Of a stretch of 17,083 nucleotides of DNA, positions 7,277 through 15,314 are shown piece after piece. Under the pieces are notes generated by a model, which ran no database searches, was not told where the DNA came from, and saw nothing but the letters and a program-made list of their open reading frames with translations. Position 1 is the stretch's first letter. Each line of letters begins with the position of its first letter. The DNA is from an uncultured Gemmatimonadota bacterium (GTDB lineage: Bacteria; SM23-81): the NCBI GenBank assembly GCA_964584035.1, contig CAZOYL010000050.1:1-17083 (forward strand), given 5' to 3'. The translations under genes and the position numbers were made by a program.

Positions 7277-8029
7277 TTACTCCGGCAGCTCTTCGATCTG
7301 GTGAATCCGAGATTCTGCCTGGCGGCGGAGTTTCTTCGGAGGAGACATTTCCAGCGTTTGGCGGTAAGCGGTGAGAGCCGGCTGCCATTTCTTCTGGAGA
7401 CGGTAGCATTCGCCCAGGAGGTATTGGGCATCGGCGGCCCATTTGGTGTCGCCGTAAGTCTCCAGGATTTCCTCTATATAGATGACGGCCGCCTCATAGC
7501 TGTTTATCTTGAGATAGAGACGGGCGTTGTCGTAGTCCTTCTTGGCCAGTTTGCTGCGGGCTCTCAACATCAGATCCCTGGCCTGGGTATCGAACTCGCT
7601 TTGGGGGTACTCTTCCAGAAAAATCTGCAATTCCTGAAGGGCTTTTTGGGTGAAATCCTGATCCAGATGCGATGGGAGCGACTGTTCGAAATAGCACAAT
7701 GCCAGGTGATATTGCGCCGCCGGAGCGAGAGAGCTTCGAGAGTAATTGCGGAGCAGGCGGCTATACTCGACGATGGCCGAGGGGTAATCTTCCTGATTCC
7801 GGTAGCATTCGGCCAGATAGTACTGGGCGTCGTCGACGTAATCGCTGCCCGGATAATTCCAGATGAGCTTCTGGAATTCTACCTGGGCCTCTTCGAAATC
7901 CCGGTGATCGTACCGTTCCCGCGCCACGAGAAACTGATCCTCCGCGTCGAGCCTGCCCGCTGGCGGAGGCGAACCGCACGCCAGAACCACGAGCACCATA
8001 TACAGGGTGAGTCCGATGCCGTTTTTCAT
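7277..8029 (-). CDS. bamD: Outer membrane protein assembly factor BamD (TPR lipoprotein)
   Basis: Start moved to ATG 8029 (MKNGIGLTLYMVLVVLAC, lipobox; GGAG upstream). TPR pattern YPGSDYVDDAQYYLA, LDQDFTQKALQELQIFLEEYPQS, R.KLAKKDYDNARLY, AAVIY...LETYGDT. Confidence 0.88.
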   Translation of the reverse strand: MKNGIGLTLYMVLVVLACGSPPPAGRLDAEDQFLVARERYDHRDFEEAQVEFQKLIWNYPGSDYVDDAQYYLAECYRNQEDYPSAIVEYSRLLRNYSRSSLAPAAQYHLALCYFEQSLPSHLDQDFTQKALQELQIFLEEYPQSEFDTQARDLMLRARSKLAKKDYDNARLYLKINSYEAAVIYIEEILETYGDTKWAADAQYLLGECYRLQKKWQPALTAYRQTLEMSPPKKLRRQAESRIHQIEELPE

Positions 8030-8046
8030 GTCTCTCCGGTTTGTGT

Positions 8047-8730
8047 CTATTGTGTGGAATAGAACAGGAAAATGAGACCTCCGATGGCCACGGTCAGAAT
8101 GGCCGGCTCGGCCAGGCGGCCCCAACCGTCGGTTTCCAGGCGCGGCGAGAGAAAAGAGGGGGCCTCCTGCTCTGCCATCGGCAGGTCCTTCCGGGGAATC
8201 CAATCTCCACCGGTCTTTCTCACCTCTCCGGCCCAGATGACCTCTCCGGTTGTCCGGCTCAACTGGAAGAAAAGATAGAGCTGGACCTCCCGTTTTACCA
8301 GACGAGGTCCGAACAGATGCTGGCGTCGCGCGGAAGAATAATCCAGATCCATCTTCACGACGCGATACTTCAGAATTCCGGCCCGGGAGCAGATCTCCGC
8401 GGCCCGGCCCGGCAGACTGTCTGGAAGAACAATCCGGTAGCCTCTGCCGAGCAGCTGCTCGGCCAGGACCTGGTCCACCAGCCACCGGCCTTCGAAGTCC
8501 GGCGGCGACTCCAGACAGATGACGGCAGGCTCATGTGAAGAGAGGCGATCGCAGACCTCTTCGATCGCCTCCTCTAAAGTTGTTTTCAGCAGTCCAAAGT
8601 TGGTGGGGTTCTCCCCCTGATCGCTCTCGTGTGATGATGATTCCACCGCCGCGCCACCGAGGATCCCGGCACTCAGGATGAGAGAGCAGATCAGCAGAAG
8701 GACTTTGGTCGCTGTCGATATTCGCCGTAT
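8047..8730 (-). CDS. Hypothetical exported protein with C-terminal membrane anchor; probable non-canonical ATA start
   Basis: The frame is open upstream of the track GTG (8646) and encodes IRRISTATKVLLLICSLILSAGILGGAA, a signal-peptide-like segment. AGGGGAG lies 8 nt before ATA 8730. Hydrophobic C-terminus EPAILTVAIGGLIFLFYSTQ. Confidence 0.75.
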   Translation of the reverse strand: MRRISTATKVLLLICSLILSAGILGGAAVESSSHESDQGENPTNFGLLKTTLEEAIEEVCDRLSSHEPAVICLESPPDFEGRWLVDQVLAEQLLGRGYRIVLPDSLPGRAAEICSRAGILKYRVVKMDLDYSSARRQHLFGPRLVKREVQLYLFFQLSRTTGEVIWAGEVRKTGGDWIPRKDLPMAEQEAPSFLSPRLETDGWGRLAEPAILTVAIGGLIFLFYSTQ

Positions 8731-8766
8731 GGCCGTTTCTCCCCTAAAAAAGATGGCCCGATGAGG

Positions 8767-9438
8767 TCATGGAGATAGTGCCTCGATTCTGGTTCTGGCC
8801 ACATCCGCGAATTCACTGTCAGGATAGAGATTCAAGAGTTTTCTGAGCTCCGCCACGGCCTGTGTGGCATCGCCCGTATTGGCATAACAGAATCCTAATT
8901 TGAGCTGAGCGTCGTCGTCCTTCTCGGTGTCGGCATAGGAGAAGACCTTGCGGAACTCTTCGATGGCCCGGGGATAATCCTCCAGCCCGTAGTAGCATTC
9001 GGCCAGCCAGTATTGGGCGTTATCGGCCAGAGTGCTGCGCGGATACTGGGAGATGATCTGCATGAACTTTCCGATGGCTTTATCAAAGTCTCTGTTGTAG
9101 TAGTTATCCAGGGCGGTGTTATATGTGGTCTGAACCGTGCCCGTCATCGGTCCGCCCGGAGCGGGAGTTGCCGGCGGCGCATATTCTTCCTGCCGCTGTG
9201 CCGGCTGACTGAGCAGAGACATGCGGTTTTCGAGGCTGTTGGCCCGTTTATTGAGATCGGATGTTTCGTCACTGAGCTCTTCCAGCATGCCCTCCAGGCG
9301 ATTGATATCCTCTTTTAACTCCTGGGTCATTGGATACCAGGGCTCATCCACAAGAGATGTTTTCTTTTTAGTGGTGGCACAGCCGGATAGGCCGATAAGG
9401 CAGAGAACGGTCAACATGAGAATGAAAGTACGCCACAT
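8767..9438 (-). CDS. CpoB/YbgF-like coiled-coil plus TPR lipoprotein
   Basis: Lipobox LSGC, heptad region, Pro-rich linker, then TPRs Y..AL..Y...DFDKAI..F...YPRSTLADNAQYWLAECYY...K.DDAQLKLG...YPDSE.A..A. SD AAGGAGG. Confidence 0.8.
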   Translation of the reverse strand: MWRTFILMLTVLCLIGLSGCATTKKKTSLVDEPWYPMTQELKEDINRLEGMLEELSDETSDLNKRANSLENRMSLLSQPAQRQEEYAPPATPAPGGPMTGTVQTTYNTALDNYYNRDFDKAIGKFMQIISQYPRSTLADNAQYWLAECYYGLEDYPRAIEEFRKVFSYADTEKDDDAQLKLGFCYANTGDATQAVAELRKLLNLYPDSEFADVARTRIEALSP

Positions 9439-9491
9439 AGATCCTCCTTTGAAGTTGAGGCCGGAATGAAGATCCGGATGATGGCCTCCAG

Positions 9492-9521
9492 AATATATAC
9501 TGAATCACCCGAGGATGTCAA
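9492..9521 (-). promoter_or_regulatory. sigma70-type promoter for the cpoB-like/bamD/nadD block
   Basis: TTGACA-18 bp-TATATT. Confidence 0.65.
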
Positions 9522-9539
9522 GGGTAAATTCCCTTTCAT

Positions 9540-10559
9540 TCAGATAGTGAACAGCAGCGAGAGCAGATGCCAGCGGCTCTTGCCCTCCTGCCCTTCTTCG
9601 AGCAAGAGGGCATACTGGGCCTCGATGGCCTTGAATCCCAGCGGCGGAAAGCTCGCCGCTCGCTTTCCGCGATGCTTCAGGGCGAGTCCGAAAGAGTAGA
9701 CGTCATTCTGACCCCGACGACTCTGGAAGTATCCGAATCGAAGCGCCGCCAGGTTCATAAAGGTTCGTTCAACGCCGAAACGAAATTTGTCCCAGCCGAT
9801 CTTGTCTCCCTCGGCGGCGTCTCGCAGTCCCACGGCCACGATGGTGTGGTCGTCGGGATGGAGGGAAACGCCGGCGTTGACGCTTTCGTCCTGAAGGCCC
9901 TCGAAGTCCAAACGCAGATCTTCGAGGCCGGAGGGAAAATCGAAGTAGGCCAATCCGACCTCAAGGTGCCTGGCCGGCCTGAGCAGCACCCCATAATTGC
10001 CGCCCCCGGCCAGGGTGGAATGGCCCTCCCGGTCCTGGATCTTGTAGAGATTGGCCGTGCAGCCCAGAGAGACCGTCGGCGCCAGACGGATCCGCAGCCC
10101 CAGCGAATGACGGTTATGCTCGAGGATGCGCTTCGATTGAAGGAAACGGCCGTTGGGCGAAGATCTCGGATCGAAAAGCGGCTCTTCCCAGAGCAGCAGG
10201 CCGACTTCCGCCCATCGGTGGGAGTAAGTGATGGCTTTGATCGCGGCTCCCAGGGCGGCGATGATGTCGCCCACATCGCGGTGATCGTCATACAGCAGGG
10301 CCGTGGCGATGATCGGATTGAAGGTGATCCGGAACTGGTGCGTGAGCTCTTTGTCGGATATAATGAAGGCTGCTGGATTCCAGCTCAAAGCGCTGAGATC
10401 ATCGCGGACGGAGATAAAGGCTCCGCCCATGGCCAGGGGACGGGGACTGGTGGTGCTGATGGTCCGGTAGTGATTCTGGGTCGCGGCCGGCGGGGAGGCC
10501 GGTGCCGTCAGGATGCTGGAACAGATCAGGGCTGAGAGAAGAACTTTCATGGCGGGCAT
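9540..10559 (-). CDS. Outer-membrane beta-barrel, FadL/PorV (UPF0164)-like
   Basis: Signal peptide, then SPRPLAMGGAFISVRDDLSALSWNPAA matching the FadL/PorV N-terminal hatch motif (AR..AMGGA...D..A..WNPA). Amphipathic strands, GVE...ALRFGY, C-terminal strand HLLSLLFTI. Confidence 0.7.
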   Translation of the reverse strand: MPAMKVLLSALICSSILTAPASPPAATQNHYRTISTTSPRPLAMGGAFISVRDDLSALSWNPAAFIISDKELTHQFRITFNPIIATALLYDDHRDVGDIIAALGAAIKAITYSHRWAEVGLLLWEEPLFDPRSSPNGRFLQSKRILEHNRHSLGLRIRLAPTVSLGCTANLYKIQDREGHSTLAGGGNYGVLLRPARHLEVGLAYFDFPSGLEDLRLDFEGLQDESVNAGVSLHPDDHTIVAVGLRDAAEGDKIGWDKFRFGVERTFMNLAALRFGYFQSRRGQNDVYSFGLALKHRGKRAASFPPLGFKAIEAQYALLLEEGQEGKSRWHLLSLLFTI

Positions 10560-10592
10560 CGCGGAAACGATCGCTGGGCGGCGGCGAAGCGA

Positions 10593-11858
10593 TCATTTCT
10601 TTCGTTGGAACCAGGGCTCAAAACCCCACAGGGAAATATATCCTCGCACGATCGTCTCTTTTGCTCCGGCCGACGACACGTTTCCTCGCCATCCCAGCTC
10701 CAGTGCCGCGTCCATCACGGCCCCTCCCCGGCTGAACGGCAGTCCCAGGCCCAGGGTGAGAAAATGACCGGTGATAGAGGCGCCGTCGGACGTTTTTTGG
10801 TACCATGGCTCGTAAGCGTAACCCAGCCGGAGGGGTATCCGGCGCAGATACGATGTGGCGTTCTCCTGCCGGGACTGATATTGGCCGCCGACGGCCACCC
10901 GAAAGACATCCCGGTAGCCGGGCGTCGTCTGATCATCGGTCGTAAAATCGGCCCACCGGGTGGTGATGACGTCGATCTGGCCCGAAAATCGGGACCCTGA
11001 GCGATAGGCCATTCCAAAACCGTACTTGATGGGAAAGGACAGGGTCCTCTCTTCGATGACCGTCTTGGTGAAGGACGATGAGCGGGTCTCGTCCTGCTGC
11101 ACATCGTAGGCCGGGGTGATGAAGGCTCCGGCGGAGAAGTTCGGGCTGATTTTCACGGCCAGGCCGGCAGTCAATTGGGTTCCGGAATGCTGGCGATTGG
11201 AAGCGGTTCTGCTATCCAGGAAATCATCGTCCTCGAAATCGCCGCTGCGACTCTCGGTGGTCCGTCCGAAAACATACCCCCCACGGATCCCGATAAATAG
11301 ACGGCTGTCGAATGACTTGGCCAGGCCGACGGAAACCATGCTGAGCCCCCCGGTGCGGGCAATGATCTTTGTATAGGCTTCATCGAAGAGGGTGGTCTCC
11401 TGATAGGCTTTGAATTTCATGTCGCTGAGCTGGCGAAGATCCAGGGAAACGCCCAGTCCCCGGCCCAGAGGCAGACACAGAGCGAAGTTCAAGATGCGAG
11501 CCGAGGTCAACACGTTGTTATTTTCCTCATCACGGATGTAAAGAGCTTCGGGGCGAGAGGTGAGGGTGATTCCCGTAAATTTCAATCCCCCCAGAAGGGC
11601 CGGGTTGATCAGGCTGCCGCTGGAGCTCCCTGTCAGGGCCAGACCGGCTCCGCCCATGCCGTGCAGCCGGGCATCGCCCTCCGTGATCATCTCACCCAGG
11701 CCGTAGGCCGAGAAGATAGAGCCGGCCAGGGGACCGGCCGTCATCAGCGGGGCCGTGAGCGTGAACAGCAGCAGCAGGAACAGAACCGTTGTGGGACGGC
11801 CAACCGTGGTGGTGGAAGGCATCGTTTTTTCCGGTACAATGTGGCGGTCAATCGTCAT
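10593..11858 (-). CDS. Outer-membrane beta-barrel, FadL/OmpP1/TodX-like
   Basis: SIFSAYGLGE...ARLHGMGGAG...INPA hatch motif, many amphipathic strands, LRLGY, LTLGLGLP, C-terminal EPWFQRKK. Start uncertain (11894, 11858 overlapping the upstream stop, or 11822). Confidence 0.75.
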   Translation of the reverse strand: MTIDRHIVPEKTMPSTTTVGRPTTVLFLLLLFTLTAPLMTAGPLAGSIFSAYGLGEMITEGDARLHGMGGAGLALTGSSSGSLINPALLGGLKFTGITLTSRPEALYIRDEENNNVLTSARILNFALCLPLGRGLGVSLDLRQLSDMKFKAYQETTLFDEAYTKIIARTGGLSMVSVGLAKSFDSRLFIGIRGGYVFGRTTESRSGDFEDDDFLDSRTASNRQHSGTQLTAGLAVKISPNFSAGAFITPAYDVQQDETRSSSFTKTVIEERTLSFPIKYGFGMAYRSGSRFSGQIDVITTRWADFTTDDQTTPGYRDVFRVAVGGQYQSRQENATSYLRRIPLRLGYAYEPWYQKTSDGASITGHFLTLGLGLPFSRGGAVMDAALELGWRGNVSSAGAKETIVRGYISLWGFEPWFQRKK

Positions 11859-13044
11859 CGGCGCCCTGCTTTCCCCGGTTCGATGCGAGGACATCCTCGG
11901 GCCGGATCGTATAGACGATCTTGAGAGAGGGCCGGTGAGCGCTGTCGGCCAACGAGGAATAAAAAAGCGCCTGGGACAGGCTGCCGTATTCTAAATACGG
12001 CCGCAGGAGAATCCCAAGATTTTCGGTCCCGGTGACCCAGTCCTGGGCCAGTGTGGTGATGTTGAATTCGACCAGTTCTTTGCCGTTAAAGAGGTTTGCC
12101 GTGGCGTACGGGGAGGTTTCATAGCTCAGGGTGAGGCGGTCGGATACCGGATACGCCCGGATGGACATGTTGTCCAGCGGATCCCTGAACTCGCTTACCG
12201 AGAGAGACAGCACGGCCAGGTTGATGAAGCTGCTCTCCGGTATGGCGGAGATGTCGAACTGCAGCCAGGTGCGGGTCAGGTACCCGTCGCTGACCAGCAG
12301 GAGATCCTCCCCCGGGAGGGGCACCGGCTCGGCGATGAAGGTGTCTTTCTCGCTGTCGACGATGAAGGTGTCGGCGACATCCTCTGTGGCGAAGACCATT
12401 AGAAGATAAGGGTAGTAAGGGGTATCCTCAGAATAGAAATACTTCAGGTGATCTTCCTCCAGTTCGTCCGACTTCAGCAGGAGACCATAGTTGGGCTGTC
12501 CGTCCAGCCACCCCTGGACCAGCTCTACGCCGGCCGCGTTGAGCTCCATCTGGAACTCCAGGCCATCGCCGGTGGCGAAATAGCCCTCGGCGATGGGCTC
12601 CTGACCGTAATCTCCGCCGGCCGTCGTCCAGGGTGCCTCCCAGGTGGCCGTGGAGTCGCTCCAGGGTGCTTCGAGGGGATAGGCGGAAATCAGGATGGAA
12701 TCGTCGCTGACCTCGGAGTAGGCCACGAGGTTCAGCGAGGCCGCCGTGAGCGGCCGATCCAGGGTGTCCGGCAGGTCCTCCTCGAAGGACAGCAGGCTTC
12801 TGGCCTCCTGCCCCTCATAGGAGCCCGCCAACAGGTAGGGGCCGATCCCGGTCCAGCGGCTGACATGAAAGCTGCTGTCGGCCAGAACGCTTTGGCTGAC
12901 AAGCTGATGCACCTGCCAATGGCCTTCCTCATCCCAGAGTCCGAATCCCACCGGATTCTTGGCTTTCTCGGAGCAACCGCCTGTCATGATGATCAACAAC
13001 AGGCCGGTCAGCCATAGAGTTCGATGCCGCGTGCCGGTCAACAT
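11848..13044 (-). CDS. Acidic lipoprotein with two tandem DNRLRE/CBM96-like beta-sandwich domains (DUF4270-like)
   Basis: Start moved to ATG 13044 (MLTGTRHRTLWLTGLLLIIMTGGC, lipobox). Two repeats: RSLLSF...AASLNL...W....TW..PWTTAGGDY...LVQGWLDG.PNYGLLLK...FYS....PYL and RTWLQFDISAIP....INLAVLSL...FNITTLAQDWVTG.ENLGILL...FYSS...RPSLKIVY. Confidence 0.75.
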   Translation of the reverse strand: MLTGTRHRTLWLTGLLLIIMTGGCSEKAKNPVGFGLWDEEGHWQVHQLVSQSVLADSSFHVSRWTGIGPYLLAGSYEGQEARSLLSFEEDLPDTLDRPLTAASLNLVAYSEVSDDSILISAYPLEAPWSDSTATWEAPWTTAGGDYGQEPIAEGYFATGDGLEFQMELNAAGVELVQGWLDGQPNYGLLLKSDELEEDHLKYFYSEDTPYYPYLLMVFATEDVADTFIVDSEKDTFIAEPVPLPGEDLLLVSDGYLTRTWLQFDISAIPESSFINLAVLSLSVSEFRDPLDNMSIRAYPVSDRLTLSYETSPYATANLFNGKELVEFNITTLAQDWVTGTENLGILLRPYLEYGSLSQALFYSSLADSAHRPSLKIVYTIRPEDVLASNRGKQGADDD

Positions 13045-13138
13045 TTCATTTCCGCCCGATGTATGCCGTAATATGGAGAAGCCATCGTCGTTCCGGTCTC
13101 CGGTCAATGCGGAGCCGGGCGATGGCGGGATCAGTCCG

Positions 13139-13167
13139 AATATAAACCGCCCCCGTACGGTTGTCAA
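13139..13167 (-). promoter_or_regulatory. Near-consensus sigma70 promoter for the lipoprotein-barrel-barrel unit
   Basis: TTGACA-17 bp-TATATT, about 95 nt upstream of ATG 13044. Confidence 0.75.
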
Positions 13168-13310
13168 CAGAAAATCTGGCGGCCGGCCGGGGTTTGTGGA
13201 AAGTGAGTCAGCCAGTTTCGGGTGTAAGACGCTGGAACGTGAGTTTTCGTTGCAGTGTTTTACCGGCATCCAGTGGAGAGCAGCTCAAAAGAGGACAAAA
13301 GCGTATTTCA

Positions 13311-13346
13311 TAATAAAAAGGCAGGATGATGGTGAATCATCCTGCC
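13311..13346 (-). terminator. Strong intrinsic terminator after the DksA-family gene
   Basis: Perfect 11-bp stem GGCAGGATGAT/ATCATCCTGCC, 5-nt loop, followed by TTTTTATT on the minus strand. Confidence 0.9.
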
Positions 13347-13374
13347 CCCATGGTTTTCCTCATCGGACGTGCGT

Positions 13375-13737
13375 CTATCCGGCCTGACGGACCCAGCTTT
13401 CCTGATCGACCTGGCATCTGATACACAGCTTGGCCAGCGGCAGGGCCCGTAATCTGGCCTCCGAGATCCGCACTCCGCAGACCGAACAGACCCCGTACTT
13501 GCCTTCCATGATCTTCCGCAGGGCATCGTTGGTGCGGCGAAGGTTCTCGCTCTCGCTGTTGATGTTCTGCATGATGGTCTCGCGTTCCAGGGTGTCGTTG
13601 TTCACTTCCCCCCAGTCCTTGGGTTGGTTGTGCTGCAGCTCATCGAGGTCCTTCTCCAACCCGGCGAGTTTATTGAGGATCTCGTCGCGGTTCTTGAGAA
13701 CCTGCCTGCTGAAGTAGTTGACCTTTCTCTTTTCCAT
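13375..13737 (-). CDS. DksA/TraR family C4 zinc-finger protein
   Basis: Coiled coil, then DALRKIMEGKYGVCSVCGVRISEARLRALPLAKLCIRCQ. GAGGAG SD overlaps the end of the upstream gene. Confidence 0.9.
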   Translation of the reverse strand: MEKRKVNYFSRQVLKNRDEILNKLAGLEKDLDELQHNQPKDWGEVNNDTLERETIMQNINSESENLRRTNDALRKIMEGKYGVCSVCGVRISEARLRALPLAKLCIRCQVDQESWVRQAG

Positions 13738-13742
13738 CGGAA

Positions 13743-14015
13743 TTACTCCTCCCCGGCTTTCTTCCCGGCTTTCTTGCCACCCGTCTGATCCGATGTTGTC
13801 TCCTTTTCGGCTTTTGCGGCCTTTTTATAGCTTTCACTACGGTAATCTGTTACATAGAACCCGGAGCCCTTGAATATCAATCCGACGCCGGTTCCCAGCA
13901 GTCGCCGAACCGTCTTTTTGCATTTGGGGCAACGTTTCACCGGCGGTGCGGTGATCGCTTGAAATTTCTCGAAACGATGTCCGCAGCTGTTGCACTCATA
14001 CTCATAGGTCGGCAT
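13743..14015 (-). CDS. FmdB-family zinc-ribbon protein (CxxC_CxxC_SSSS)
   Basis: MPTYEYECNSCGHRFE...CPKC...RRL...G..FKGSGFYVTDY with a Lys-rich tail; GGAG upstream. Confidence 0.92.
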   Translation of the reverse strand: MPTYEYECNSCGHRFEKFQAITAPPVKRCPKCKKTVRRLLGTGVGLIFKGSGFYVTDYRSESYKKAAKAEKETTSDQTGGKKAGKKAGEE

Positions 14016-14028
14016 CGTCATCTCCGAT

Positions 14029-14059
14029 AGTATATAAATTATGACTGAAAAAAGGTCAA
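14029..14059 (-). promoter_or_regulatory. Proximal sigma70-type promoter for fmdB-dksA
   Basis: TTGACC followed by TATATA (17 bp) or TATACT (19 bp). Confidence 0.5.
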
Positions 14060-14066
14060 TAGCCTG

Positions 14067-14100
14067 AAATACGTAAATTGTGGGATAAAACTACGTATTT
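14067..14100. promoter_or_regulatory. Inverted repeat, candidate operator
   Basis: AAATACGTA-N16-TACGTATTT directly upstream of the proximal -35. Confidence 0.4.
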
Positions 14101-14133
14101 TTCTCATACCGGCGATATCTCCGAGAGGCGTCC

Positions 14134-14162
14134 ATAATACGCATGGCGGGCCTTCATGTCAA
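14134..14162 (-). promoter_or_regulatory. Distal near-consensus sigma70 promoter right after the dnaJ stop
   Basis: TTGACA-17 bp-TATTAT. Confidence 0.7.
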
Positions 14163-14165
14163 GGA

Positions 14166-15284
14166 CTATTTTTCGTGCGGCAGATCGCCTTCCCGGGCGA
14201 AATCCCGCATCAATTGGCGCTGCCGTTCGCTCAGGCTCTGCGGCACTTTGAGCCTCACCTTGATCAGCTGGTCGCCTCGTTTCCCATTGACAGATAACCC
14301 TTTGCCTGGAACTCGAAACACCGTTCCGGGCTGCGTTCCGGGTGGTATGGTGAGTTCGATCCGGCCGTCCAGGGTTCTCACGCGCAGTCGGCTTCCGAGA
14401 ACGGCCTGGGTTAGATTGATGGGCACCTCACAGAGCAGATCGCGCCCCCTGCGGCGGAAGAAACGATGTTCCCCCAGTCGAAGGGTGATGATCAGATCTC
14501 CGGGAGATGCGCCGCCTGATCCCTGGCGCCCCTGGCCGCGCAGACGGATGTGATCGCCATCGTCGATGCCGGCCGGGATCTTCACCGAAATCTTTCGCAT
14601 TCTTTGCACCCGCCCCCGGCCGGCGCAGGTCCGGCACGGCTGGGTGACGATATGGCCGCGGCCGTAACAGCGGGGGCAAGGCCGGTTCACTGAAAAGGCG
14701 CCCTGGGCGAAGGAGAGATGTCCCTGTCCGTGGCATTCCGGGCAGACCGAGGTCTGAGAGCCCGGTTCAGCTCCCGAGCCCTGACAGGCCGGGCAGGGTT
14801 CCTCCAGGGGAACGTGAAGAAGCGTTTTCCCTCCGGATATGGCCGTTTCGAAGGGGATCTCGATCTCCGAATGGAGATCCTCGCCGCGTTGTGCAGACGG
14901 CCCGGAGCGGGGTCCCATCCCGCCCAGATCGAACAGATCCTTGAAGATATCGCCGAGATTCCCGAAGCCTCCGAGATCCTGAAAGGAAAATCCCTGGCCG
15001 GTTCCCCGGCCGGAATTCCATCCTCCGGTCCCCTGGCCGGGCCGGAAACCCTCAAACCCGCCGGCTCCGTATTTTCGAAGCTGATCGTACTGTTTCCGTT
15101 TGTTCGCGTCGCCGAGCACCTCGTAGGCGCTGGAAATATCCTTGAAATGCTCCTCGGCGGACCGGTTCCCCGGATTGGCGTCGGGATGATATTTCTTGGC
15201 CAATCGGCGGTAGGCCTTCTTGATCTCGTCCGGGGCGGCCGTCTCGCTGACGCCGAGGATTTTATAGAGGTCTTTATCAGGCAT
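14166..15284 (-). CDS. dnaJ: Class A J-domain chaperone DnaJ
   Basis: J domain with HPD, G/F region with DIF, four CxxCxGxG motifs ([32 protein letters not shown]), C-terminal IPAG and IPPGTQPG. Confidence 0.97.
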   Translation of the reverse strand: MPDKDLYKILGVSETAAPDEIKKAYRRLAKKYHPDANPGNRSAEEHFKDISSAYEVLGDANKRKQYDQLRKYGAGGFEGFRPGQGTGGWNSGRGTGQGFSFQDLGGFGNLGDIFKDLFDLGGMGPRSGPSAQRGEDLHSEIEIPFETAISGGKTLLHVPLEEPCPACQGSGAEPGSQTSVCPECHGQGHLSFAQGAFSVNRPCPRCYGRGHIVTQPCRTCAGRGRVQRMRKISVKIPAGIDDGDHIRLRGQGRQGSGGASPGDLIITLRLGEHRFFRRRGRDLLCEVPINLTQAVLGSRLRVRTLDGRIELTIPPGTQPGTVFRVPGKGLSVNGKRGDQLIKVRLKVPQSLSERQRQLMRDFAREGDLPHEK

Positions 15285-15314
15285 GGTAATTACCGGGTTT
15301 CCATGAGCACATCA

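Noticed and set aside
8030..8485. 152-aa N-terminal extension of BamD in the ORF track
   Set aside because: It overlaps the upstream gene in another frame; the lipoprotein signal and SD define ATG 8029.
8767..8769. Selenocysteine or recoded TGA fusing the cpoB-like gene to the next ORF
   Set aside because: The TPR protein ends at a natural position, I see no convincing SECIS-like hairpin, an internal signal peptide with its own SD follows, and TGA acts as a stop elsewhere in the window.
9567..10535. 322-aa plus-strand ORF, and similar plus-strand ORFs at 348-887, 2156-2956, 3785-4585, 7301-8062 and 12448-13017
   Set aside because: All lie antisense to well-supported minus-strand genes; the duplicated ones only mirror the internal repeat.
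13045..13269. N-terminal extension of the DNRLRE-like lipoprotein
   Set aside because: It spans the predicted promoter at 13139-13167; the signal peptide starts at 13044.
13168..13310. Possible small RNA or tRNA between the terminator and the next promoter
   Set aside because: No cloverleaf, T-loop motif, stable stem or promoter-terminator pair recognised.
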